This document shows, piece after piece, positions 42,453-50,121 of a stretch of 63,949 nt of DNA. The notes beneath the pieces are model-generated. The model saw nothing but the letters and a program-made list of their open reading frames with translations, had not been told where the DNA came from and made no database searches. The DNA comes from Candidatus Dormiibacterota bacterium (GTDB lineage Bacteria > Methylomirabilota > Methylomirabilia > Rokubacteriales > CSP1-6): assembly GCA_035569855.1 (NCBI GenBank), contig DATMMH010000223.1, positions 1-63,949 on the forward strand, in the 5' to 3' direction. The stretch's first letter is position 1; each line of letters begins with the position of its first letter. The translations under genes were made by a program, and so were the position numbers.

Positions 42453-42740
42453 CTACTCGACCTCTTTCAGCCGCAGCACCTCCGGGCGGCCGTCCATGAA
42501 CTCGCCCATCTTCCGCCCGAGCGCCTTGAAGTAGTCGGTCCCGCGATGGGCGTCCACCGCCGCCTGGTCGGCGTAGCGCTCCATGAACACGTAGATCTGC
42601 GGCGCCTCCCCGCGGTGGAGTGCGTACAGCCGGCACCCCGGCTCGTTGGCGTTGACCTTGGCCACCAGCTCCTTGGCCACGGCCTCGAACTGCGGCTCCA
42701 TTCCAGGCTTCACCTTGATCGTCGCGACGATACCGAGCAT
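42453..42740 (-). CDS. ABM-domain (antibiotic biosynthesis monooxygenase-like) protein
   Basis: 95 aa. IVATIKVKPGMEPQFEAVAKELV...YVFMERYADQAAVDAHRGTDYF is a ferredoxin-like ABM signature. Confidence 0.8.
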   Translation of the reverse strand: MLGIVATIKVKPGMEPQFEAVAKELVAKVNANEPGCRLYALHRGEAPQIYVFMERYADQAAVDAHRGTDYFKALGRKMGEFMDGRPEVLRLKEVE

Positions 42741-42930
42741 CGGGGCACCTCCGGGTGTGGTGCCCGATGGGCACCCCCTGTTCGTGGATTGACAACCTCT
42801 GGCGGCTGAAGGCCAAATTTTGTAGTGGTTCGAGCCGCCCGAGCCGCGTCATGCGACATATAACTATCCGATAACATGGAACTTTGTTCCAGTGTCAACT
42901 GTGGAACGCCTCTTGCTCCCAGGGCCTTGC

Positions 42931-43344
42931 ATGAGAAATCGAGATCGCGTACACGGCCCCCGCGACGCCGCAGCCAGACAGCACATCACCGAGCCGCATC
43001 CCCCCGAGGTCCGTCGCCGCCGGGGCCGGCCCAAGGGTAGCACCGGTATCAGCCGGCGCCACCCGGACTCGCTCCTCGCCGCCGAGATCGCCAAGTCGCC
43101 GCTCGCCACCGTCTACGCGAGCCCGGACGGCGAGCTCTATCACGGCGTGTGCAAGCAGCCGCTCGAGTTCCAGGGCCGGCGCGCCCAGCTCGAGTTCGAC
43201 TTCTACTGCCTGCGGTGCATGGAGCACGTGGCGCTGCCCGCGTTCGCGCTGAGCCGCGTACGCTTCGACGTGCCGCGCCCTTCCGATCTGCCGCTGCCCG
43301 AGTGGGTGGCCAGCATCGCGACGTATCACGAGCCGCTGCACTAG
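42931..43344 (+). CDS. hypothetical protein with AT-hook-like RGRPKG motif and H/C-rich C-terminal half
   Basis: ATG 42931 is one possible start and GTG 42892 the alternative. RRRRGRPKGSTG is present, followed by YHGVC...YCLRCMEH. The gene lies behind the lowest-GC spacer of the window. Confidence 0.5.
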   Translation: MRNRDRVHGPRDAAARQHITEPHPPEVRRRRGRPKGSTGISRRHPDSLLAAEIAKSPLATVYASPDGELYHGVCKQPLEFQGRRAQLEFDFYCLRCMEHVALPAFALSRVRFDVPRPSDLPLPEWVASIATYHEPLH

Positions 43345-43422
43345 CGCCTTCCCGCCGACCCCTCGGGCAACCATCGACGTCTGACGGTTGTCAAGATCAG
43401 GACCGCGTGCCAGCATGCGGCG

Positions 43423-44235
43423 GTGCTGATCGAGGACGTGGACGATCCACGCGTCGCGGCCTATCGCGCGGTGAAGTCGGGCGGCGCGATGGCGGCCGGT
43501 GGCACCTTTCTCTGCGAGGGGCGTCACGTGGTCCGCCGGCTCCTTTCCTCGCGCTACCCGGTGCGCTCGGTGTTGCTCACCCCCCGGGCGCACGCGGACC
43601 TGGACGACGCCCTGCGCGCGCGACCGGCCACGCCCGTCTTCGTGGCCTCCCCGGCCCTGATCCAGACCATCGTGGGCTTCAAGTTCCACCGCGGCTGCCT
43701 GGCCCTGGGGGAGCGAGGCGGCGCCGCCGAGCCCGCCGAGATCATCGCCCCCGCGGGGCCGCGCCTCCTGCTGGGCCTCGAGGAGCTGGCCGATCCCGAC
43801 AACGTGGGCGCCGTCTTCCGGACCGCGGCGGCCTTCGGCGCGGCGGGGGTGCTGCTCTCGCCCGGGTGCGCCGACCCGCTCTATCGCAAGGCCATCCGCG
43901 TCGCGATGGGCGCCACGCTCACGACCCCGTTCGCCCGGATCGAGACACGGGCCGCGGTCGTCGCCATGCGCGAGGCCGGCTACACGGTGGTGGCGCTGAC
44001 GCCGGACCGCCTGGCCGAGGACATCGCGACCGTGACCGGGCGAGAGACACCACGACGCCTCGGCGTGCTCCTCGGCTCGGAGGGCTCGGGCCTCCACCCG
44101 GACACGCTGGCCGCGGCGGATCTCTGGGTGCGCATCGGCATGGCGTCGGGGGTGGACTCGCTCAACGTGACGACGGCCTGCGGGATCGCGCTCCACCGTC
44201 TGGCCTCCGGTATCATGGGCCCGGACGGCTCATGA
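43423..44235 (+). CDS. TrmH/SpoU-family RNA 2'-O-methyltransferase
   Basis: DPDNVGAVFRTAAAFG, LGSEGSGL and VDSLNVTTACGIALH motifs are present. Confidence 0.85.
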   Translation: MLIEDVDDPRVAAYRAVKSGGAMAAGGTFLCEGRHVVRRLLSSRYPVRSVLLTPRAHADLDDALRARPATPVFVASPALIQTIVGFKFHRGCLALGERGGAAEPAEIIAPAGPRLLLGLEELADPDNVGAVFRTAAAFGAAGVLLSPGCADPLYRKAIRVAMGATLTTPFARIETRAAVVAMREAGYTVVALTPDRLAEDIATVTGRETPRRLGVLLGSEGSGLHPDTLAAADLWVRIGMASGVDSLNVTTACGIALHRLASGIMGPDGS

Positions 44236-44933
44236 TCCGCATCGGCACTTCCGGCTACAACTACCCCGAGTGGCGAGGCACCTTCTACCCGGAGAAGTTC
44301 CCGACCGGCAAGATGCTGCCCTACTACGCGGAGCGCTTCTCCACCGTCGAGATCAACTACACCTTCTACCGGATGCCCAACGCCAAGACCATCGCGGGCT
44401 GGGTGGCGGAGACTCCGCCGGACTTCTCCTTCACGCTGAAGGCGCCCCAGCGCATCACCCACTTCGCGCGGTTGCGCGAGATCGAGGATCCGCTCCGCTA
44501 TTTCCTCGACACCGCGTCGGGCCTCGGATCGAAGCTCGGCACCGTCCTCTTCCAGCTGCCGCCCAACTTCAAGAAGGACCTGGCCCGGCTGGGCGGGCTG
44601 CTCGACCAGCTCCCGGCGGGCCTGCGCTGCGCCTTCGAGTTTCGCCACGAGAGCTGGCTCGCGGAGGACGTGTACGCGCGGCTGCGGGCCGCCAACGCCG
44701 CGCTCTGCGTCGCCGACACCGAGGAGACGACGACGCCCATCGAGGCCACGGGGGACTGGGGCTATCTGCGCCTTCGGGACCAGGGCTACGCGGAGACGGA
44801 TCTGGCCGAGTGGGCCCGGACCGTCGAGCGGATGAGCGCCCACTGGCGCGACACGTTCGTCTACTTCAAGCACGAGGAGGCCGGGACCGGCCCCGCGTTC
44901 GCCCGGCAGCTCCACGCGATCCTGAGCCGGTAG
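44232..44933 (+). CDS. DUF72-family protein
   Basis: MIRIGTSGYNYPEWRGTFYP...STVEINYTFY is the family's hallmark N-terminus. The ATG overlaps the upstream TGA (ATGA). Confidence 0.85.
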   Translation: MIRIGTSGYNYPEWRGTFYPEKFPTGKMLPYYAERFSTVEINYTFYRMPNAKTIAGWVAETPPDFSFTLKAPQRITHFARLREIEDPLRYFLDTASGLGSKLGTVLFQLPPNFKKDLARLGGLLDQLPAGLRCAFEFRHESWLAEDVYARLRAANAALCVADTEETTTPIEATGDWGYLRLRDQGYAETDLAEWARTVERMSAHWRDTFVYFKHEEAGTGPAFARQLHAILSR

Positions 44934-47589
44934 CGTCGCCGGGCGCGGGAGCCGAAAGCCGCGACTGGATGCGCTCGAGCGCCGCCGCGATGTCGACGCC
45001 ATCGCCCAGTACCGGGCGCAGAGGGTCGGCCATCTTCTCGAATCGCGCAGCGATGGTCTGGAGGTTGAAGTGTGCCGGGTCGAGGCGCGGCGTCACCTCG
45101 CGCCATTCGAGCGGGCAGGACGCGGGCGCGCCGGGCAGCGGCCGCAGCGAATAGGGCGCCACGATCGTCTGGCCGTGCCCGTTCTGGCCGAAGTCGATGT
45201 AGACCTTGCCGCCGCGGGCCCGGAGCGGCCGCGCCACCGTGGAGATCTCGGGGAGGGCCTCCACGCCCAGCATGGCGAGCAGGCGCGCGAAGGTCCGCGC
45301 TTGCTCGTAGGTGTAGCGGGCCCCCAGCGGCAGCAGGATGTGGAGTCCGGTGGCCCCCGACGTCTTCACGTAGCTCGGCAGCTCGAGCCCGTCCAGGATG
45401 CGCCGGAGCGCCAGCGCCACCTTCACGACGTCGGTGAACGGCGCACCCTTCGGATCGAGATCGAGCACGACCCAGTCCGGGCGCTCGAGCGACGGGATCC
45501 GCGAGGCCCACAGGTGTAGCGGGATCGCCCCGCTGTTGGCGACGTAGCGCAACATCTCCGCGTCGTCCACCACGAGGTACGCGATGTCCCGCTCGGTGTC
45601 GCGCGAGTAGATCCGTTCGGTGCGCACCCACCGCGGCGCGAAGTCCGGCGCGTCCTTCTGGTAGAAGGACTTGCCGGTGATGCCGTCCGGGAATCGCGTG
45701 AGCACGAGCGGCCGGTCCCGGAGGTACGGCAACATCAGCGGGGCCACGCGCTCGTAGTAGGCGATCAGGTCGCCCTTGGTGTAGCCCTCGCCCGGCCAGA
45801 AGATCTTCCCGGCATTGGTGATCCTCGTCTCCCGCGAGCCATCCGGAGGCGGTGGGGGGGCGTGGGGGAGGAGCGGCGCCCGCTCCCCGCCACTTCGATC
45901 GGGCAGTTTCGGTGGCACCACGTCCGGCTCCTCGCGCCGGCAATCCAGCGGCTTCTTGTCGGTGCGAATTCCGATGAACGTGGGATGGCGAATGCCCCCG
46001 TCCTCGGTCCAGTCCGAGAAGCGTACCTCGCAGACCAGGCGCGGCTCGACCCAGTGATGCCCACGGCCGCTCGGGATCGCGCCGGCCTCGAAGGGCGCCT
46101 GTTCGCGGGCCAGCGGACGCAGCCGCTCCCAGATCGCCCGGAGCTTCTCCTGGTCGAAGCCGGTGCCCACCTTCGAGACGTAGACCAGGCGCGGGGCGGA
46201 GGCCGGACCGTCGTAGAGGCCGACATGGAGCGCGCCGAAATAGCCGCGCGAGCCCTGCGGATCGGTGTAGCCACCGACGACGAACTCCTGCCGCCGCTGG
46301 CACTTGATCTTGATCCAGTCGCCCGAGCGCCGGCCGCTGTAGGTGCTCCGCGCCTTCTTGGCCACGACGCCCTCGAGGCGCTGCTCGGAGGCGGCCTCGA
46401 AGAACGCGCGGCCCTCCCCGGCGATGTGATCGCTGTAGCGCGCGGGGCCGAGTCGGGGCACCAGGAGCCGCAGGCACTCCTTGCGGTCGACGAGGGGCAG
46501 GCGCCGCAGGTCGCGGTCCTCCAGCGTCAGGCAGTCGAAGAAGATGCCCACCGCGGGACGCTGCGCGGCCATGCGCGCGGCCTCGCGCGGGTCGGTCAAC
46601 GCCATGCGCGGCTGCAACCGCTGGAAGCTCGGCCGGCCCGCGTCGTCCAGCGCGACGATCTCGCCGTCGATCACGAAGCGATCCACCGGGAGGGCGTGCA
46701 GTGCGCGTACGACCTCCGGGTAGCGGGACGTCGTGTCCTGGCCGCTGCGGCCGTAGAGCGTGACGCGGTCGCCCGCGCGGGAGGCGAGCACCCGCACGCC
46801 GTCGTACTTGATCTCGTAGAGCCAGGCCGGATCGGAGAAGGGTCGCTCGGCGAGCGTGGCCAGCGTGAACGGCTGCGCGGCCGCGTCCACCTCGCCTCGC
46901 GGGGCCCCGAGCGCGTCGAGCCGCGCGCGGATCGCGGCGAGGCGGCCCGGCACGTCGGCGATCTCCTCCACGGTGAGGCCGGAGATCACCGATTGCGGAT
47001 ATCGCTCGGTCAGCTCCGCGATCTCGGGCGGCTGCGCGGCGCCGTCCGCCTTCTTCAGCAGCAGCCAGTCGCGATCCTTGCCGGACATCCGGGCGAGCGT
47101 CCAGCGGCCGCGCATCTTGTGGCCGAAGATCTCCACCTCGAGCCGGCCGCGGGCGAGCTGGTCGAGTGGATCCTCCGGCTTCGCGGAGCGGTACCAGCCT
47201 TGATCCCACACGATGACCGAGCCGGCGCCGTAGTTGCCGGGCGGGATCACGCCCTCGAAGTCGCCGTACTCGATCGGATGATCCTCCACGTGCACGGCGA
47301 GCCGCTTCTCCTCCGGATGGACCGACGGGCCCTTCGGCACGGCCCAGCTCTTCAGCACCCCGTCCATCTCGAGCCGCAGGTCGTAGTGCAGCCGGCGCGC
47401 CGCGTGCTTCTGCACCACGAAGAGTCGCCCGCCGGAGGGGGGACGGCCCCCGAACGGCTCCGGCGTGCGATCGGGATCGCGCTTCTTCCGGTAGGTCGCG
47501 AGCTGCGGCGGACGCTCGCTCTCGAGCGAGTCACGCACAACCCCTCGCCCCTTCCCGTCCGGCCCACCACCATGACGTGAGGTCGCCAT
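44866..47589 (-). CDS. ligD: ATP-dependent DNA ligase D (phosphoesterase - ligase - polymerase/primase)
   Basis: The PE domain shows FVVQKHAARRLHYDLRLE...WAVPKGPS. The ligase domain shows YEIKYDGVR (KxDG). The C-terminal Pol domain shows VVLDLDP and LHILLPL. ATG 47589. The low-complexity last ~30 aa overlap the DUF72 gene. Confidence 0.9.
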   Translation of the reverse strand: MATSRHGGGPDGKGRGVVRDSLESERPPQLATYRKKRDPDRTPEPFGGRPPSGGRLFVVQKHAARRLHYDLRLEMDGVLKSWAVPKGPSVHPEEKRLAVHVEDHPIEYGDFEGVIPPGNYGAGSVIVWDQGWYRSAKPEDPLDQLARGRLEVEIFGHKMRGRWTLARMSGKDRDWLLLKKADGAAQPPEIAELTERYPQSVISGLTVEEIADVPGRLAAIRARLDALGAPRGEVDAAAQPFTLATLAERPFSDPAWLYEIKYDGVRVLASRAGDRVTLYGRSGQDTTSRYPEVVRALHALPVDRFVIDGEIVALDDAGRPSFQRLQPRMALTDPREAARMAAQRPAVGIFFDCLTLEDRDLRRLPLVDRKECLRLLVPRLGPARYSDHIAGEGRAFFEAASEQRLEGVVAKKARSTYSGRRSGDWIKIKCQRRQEFVVGGYTDPQGSRGYFGALHVGLYDGPASAPRLVYVSKVGTGFDQEKLRAIWERLRPLAREQAPFEAGAIPSGRGHHWVEPRLVCEVRFSDWTEDGGIRHPTFIGIRTDKKPLDCRREEPDVVPPKLPDRSGGERAPLLPHAPPPPPDGSRETRITNAGKIFWPGEGYTKGDLIAYYERVAPLMLPYLRDRPLVLTRFPDGITGKSFYQKDAPDFAPRWVRTERIYSRDTERDIAYLVVDDAEMLRYVANSGAIPLHLWASRIPSLERPDWVVLDLDPKGAPFTDVVKVALALRRILDGLELPSYVKTSGATGLHILLPLGARYTYEQARTFARLLAMLGVEALPEISTVARPLRARGGKVYIDFGQNGHGQTIVAPYSLRPLPGAPASCPLEWREVTPRLDPAHFNLQTIAARFEKMADPLRPVLGDGVDIAAALERIQSRLSAPAPGDATGSGSRGAAGRTRGRSRPPRA

Positions 47590-47595
47590 CGAAGC

Positions 47596-47624
47596 TTGGA
47601 GCATAGCGGGGCACGTGGTAGTGT
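47596..47624 (+). promoter_or_regulatory. sigma70-type promoter candidate for ku
   Basis: TTGGAG (47596-47601), a 17-nt spacer, then TAGTGT (47619-47624), within the 51-nt ligD/ku divergent spacer. Confidence 0.3.
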
Positions 47625-47640
47625 GCAAAGCCTTACGGCC

Positions 47641-48531
47641 ATGCCGCCGCATTCAATCGGCTCGGGCACCATCTCATTCGGGCTTGTCGCGATCCCGGTC
47701 AAGCTCTACACCGCCGCCTCCTCCGGGAACGTCAGCTTCAACCTGTTGCACGCCAAATGTGGAAGCCGCATCAAGCAGCAGACCTTCTGCCCGGTGTGCA
47801 ACGAGGTGGTGGAGCGGGGCCAGCTCGTGAAGGGCTACGAGTTCCAGAAGGAGCAATACGTGCGCTTCAGCGACGAGGAGCTCAAGTCGCTGGAGGGCGA
47901 GGCCTCCAAGGTCATCGACATCACCGAGTTCGTGCCGCTCGCCTCGGTGGATCCGATCTACTTCGAGAAGACCTACTACCTCGGCCCCGACAAGGGCGGC
48001 GAGAAGCCGTACCGGCTCCTGGCCGACGCGATGGCCAAGAGCGACCGCGTCGCGCTCGCCAAGTTCGTGATGCGCGGCAAGGAAAGCCTGGTGTTGATCC
48101 GGCCCTCGCAGGACGGACTCATGCTGCACACGATGTACTTCGCGGACGAGGTGCGCGCCTTCGGCGAGATCGAGAAGGGCAAGTCGGTCAAGCTCCGCGA
48201 GGGCGAGCTCGAGCTCGCCGAGCGGCTGATCGGTGAGCTGTCGCACGACGAGTTCAAGCCCGAGCAGTACGAGGACGAGTACCGCACCCGCGTGCTCGAG
48301 ATGGTGAACTCCAAGGTGGAGGGCAAGGAGATCACCACCGCGGCTCCCGAGGCCCAACGCGCCCAGGTGATCGACCTGATGGATGCGCTCAAGCAGAGTC
48401 TGGCCAAGCGCAGCGCGGGCGCCGACGAGCCGGCGACCGCCCCGATGGGCAAGAAGCCCCCCGTGAAGGCCGTGCCCAAGCGCGCGGCCGCCACCGACAA
48501 GGACAGGAAGGCCCAGACCGGGAGGAAATGA
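47641..48531 (+). CDS. ku: NHEJ protein Ku
   Basis: GTISFGLVAIPVKLYTA...FNLLH and KGYEF...YV motifs are present, with a Lys-rich C-terminal tail. ATG 47641 lies within ORF 47596..48531. Confidence 0.9.
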   Translation: MPPHSIGSGTISFGLVAIPVKLYTAASSGNVSFNLLHAKCGSRIKQQTFCPVCNEVVERGQLVKGYEFQKEQYVRFSDEELKSLEGEASKVIDITEFVPLASVDPIYFEKTYYLGPDKGGEKPYRLLADAMAKSDRVALAKFVMRGKESLVLIRPSQDGLMLHTMYFADEVRAFGEIEKGKSVKLREGELELAERLIGELSHDEFKPEQYEDEYRTRVLEMVNSKVEGKEITTAAPEAQRAQVIDLMDALKQSLAKRSAGADEPATAPMGKKPPVKAVPKRAAATDKDRKAQTGRK

Positions 48532-49373
48532 CGCACTTCTCCACCCACGAGGTGGCGAAGATCCTCGGCGTGTCGGATTCCCGCGTTCGCGCCTGCGCGC
48601 GCGCCGCCCTGCTCGCCCCCGGCCGCGGGCCGGCGGGACGCCTGCGGTGGTCTTTCCAGGACGTGCTGCTGCTCAAGACCACGCGCGGATTGCTCGACGC
48701 CCGCGTCCCGGCCCGCCGGATCCGCCGCATGGTGGCGTCGCTGCGGCGCCAGCTTCCCGAGGACCGGGGGCTCTCGAGCCTCACGATCTACGCCGACGGC
48801 CGCCGCGTCGTCGCGTGGGACGGCACCGCGCGCTGGCAGCCCGACTCCGGCCAGTTCCTCTTCAACTTCGACGCGCAGACGGTTTCCCCATCCGCGGCGC
48901 CCCCGCGCGCGCGGCCGGCCCCGGCCGCGTCGACGGCGCCTCCAGGCCCGGCCCGCACCGCCGCCGAATGGTTCGACCTCGGCTGCGAGCTCGACGCGGC
49001 CTCTCCCGACGAGGCGCGCCACGCCTACGCGCAGGCGATCGAGCTCGATCCCACGCTCGCGGACGCGCACGTCAACCTCGGGCGTCTCTGCCATCACGGC
49101 GGCGATCGCGGGCGCGCGGAAGCGCACTATCGGGCGGCCCTTCGGCACGCTCCGCACGATGCGATCGCGCACTTCAATCTGGCCGGGCTGCTCGAGGAGA
49201 GCGGCCGCGCCGCCGACGCGGTGGAGTCGTACCACCGCGCGCTGGCGGCGGATCCCGACTTTGCCGACGCGCACTACAATCTCGGCCTGCTGCAGGATTC
49301 GCTCGGGCGCCGCCCCGCCGCCATGACCCACCTCCGCGCGGCCCGCCGCCTCTACACGCGCCACTCCGCCTAG
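48528..49373 (+). CDS. MerR/excisionase-type HTH protein with C-terminal TPR repeats
   Basis: The ATG overlaps the ku stop (ATGA). The N-terminus reads FSTHEVAKILGVSDSRVRACARA. The C-terminus has 3-4 TPR-like units (AEWFDLGCEL...AYAQAIELDP, AHVNLGRL..., AHFNLAGLL...YHRALAADP, AHYNLGLL). Confidence 0.7.
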   Translation: MTHFSTHEVAKILGVSDSRVRACARAALLAPGRGPAGRLRWSFQDVLLLKTTRGLLDARVPARRIRRMVASLRRQLPEDRGLSSLTIYADGRRVVAWDGTARWQPDSGQFLFNFDAQTVSPSAAPPRARPAPAASTAPPGPARTAAEWFDLGCELDAASPDEARHAYAQAIELDPTLADAHVNLGRLCHHGGDRGRAEAHYRAALRHAPHDAIAHFNLAGLLEESGRAADAVESYHRALAADPDFADAHYNLGLLQDSLGRRPAAMTHLRAARRLYTRHSA

Positions 49374-49394
49374 CTCGGGCCTTCGGGGACCCGT

Positions 49395-49431
49395 GCCGCA
49401 AAAGTGCGGCCGGCCTGACGTCACCCGTCAG
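49395..49431 (+). terminator. two tandem hairpins after the ku operon
   Basis: GCCGCA-aaag-TGCGGC (49395-49410) and CTGACG-tcacc-CGTCAG (49415-49431), 22 nt after the stop at 49373. Confidence 0.35.
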
Positions 49432-49555
49432 CCCCGCCGTGCTTCAGGTTTGAACTCGCCTGATATTTCAATCGCTTGGCCGCTGGCAGTCCCATTGCAG
49501 CCTCCGAGTGGACGTAGGTCGAACTCATACATCCGCGTGCAAAAAGGAGAAGGCC

Positions 49556-50053
49556 ATGAGGACATTGATCGGCTGGACGGTAGGCGCCGCGTGCGTCACC
49601 GTGATCGTGACCGGGTTCTCCGCGCTTCCCGCGCAGCCCCAGACCGTGCGGAACGACGTGCAGGACCTCCACCAGGACAATCGCGACGTCCGGCAGGATC
49701 GCCGGGACATCCGCCAGGACAACCGCGATATCCGGACCGACAAGCAGGACATCGCCAAGGACACGCAGGACGTCCGCCAGGATCGCAAGGATCTCCAGGG
49801 GGCCCGCCAGCAGCTCCGCGACGCCTACAAGTCCGGCGACCCGAACGCGATCAAGGCCGCGCGCGAGAACTTCCAGAAGACGCGCGGCGAGCTCAAAGGT
49901 GACCTGAAGGAACGTCGCACGGACGAGCGCGACCTCCACAAGGACCGGCAGGACCGCCGCGCCGACGCCCGCGATCTGCGCAAGGACAAGGAAGAGCGCC
50001 ACGACGACCGGCAGGACCTGAAGAGCGACCTGAACGCCCGCCGCACGAAGTAG
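49556..50053 (+). CDS. secreted, highly charged heptad-repeat protein
   Basis: ATG 49556 follows AAAGGAGAAGG. The signal/anchor is MRTLIGWTVGAACVTVIVTGFSALPAQP. The remainder is D/R/Q/K-rich 7-aa repeats. Confidence 0.7.
   Translation: MRTLIGWTVGAACVTVIVTGFSALPAQPQTVRNDVQDLHQDNRDVRQDRRDIRQDNRDIRTDKQDIAKDTQDVRQDRKDLQGARQQLRDAYKSGDPNAIKAARENFQKTRGELKGDLKERRTDERDLHKDRQDRRADARDLRKDKEERHDDRQDLKSDLNARRTK
49646..49798 (+). repeat. 21-nt (7-codon) tandem coding repeat, about 7 units
   Basis: VRNDVQD LHQDNRD VRQDRRD IRQDNRD IRTDKQD IAKDTQD VRQDRKD. A second, looser block lies at about 49898-50050. Confidence 0.8.
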
Positions 50054-50081
50054 CCCTCAGGCGCGCCAGCCAGATCACGAC

Positions 50082-50120
50082 GGGGGAGAGGCCGGATCCG
50101 GCCCTCCCCCGTGTTTCTTC
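50082..50120. terminator. intrinsic terminator between convergent genes
   Basis: GGGGGAGAGGCCGG / CCGGCCCTCCCCC forms a stem with one bulge, followed by GTGTTTCTTC. It lies 29 nt after the stop at 50053 and just before the amidase stop at 50122. Confidence 0.6.
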
Positions 50121-50121
50121 G

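Noticed and set aside
40334-42499. 721-aa plus-strand ORF across the M28 and enolase-superfamily region
   Set aside because: It is out of frame or antisense relative to two genes with clear motifs, and has shadow composition.
42820-42845. tRNA-like GGTTCGAG T-loop string
   Set aside because: The flanks cannot form a 5-bp T-stem, an acceptor stem or an anticodon arm, so no cloverleaf can be drawn.
44861-47580. Alternative-frame ORFs inside ligD: 782 aa on the minus strand (44861..47209) and 572 aa on the plus strand (45862..47580)
   Set aside because: The LigD frame carries all three domain signatures. The alternatives are Arg/Pro/Gly-rich.
49646-49798. Regular 21-nt periodic repeat that could be mistaken for a CRISPR-like or tandem-repeat array
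   Set aside because: The period is exactly 7 codons inside a well-supported ORF, there are no spacers, and the units are degenerate at the DNA level. It is a coding heptad repeat.
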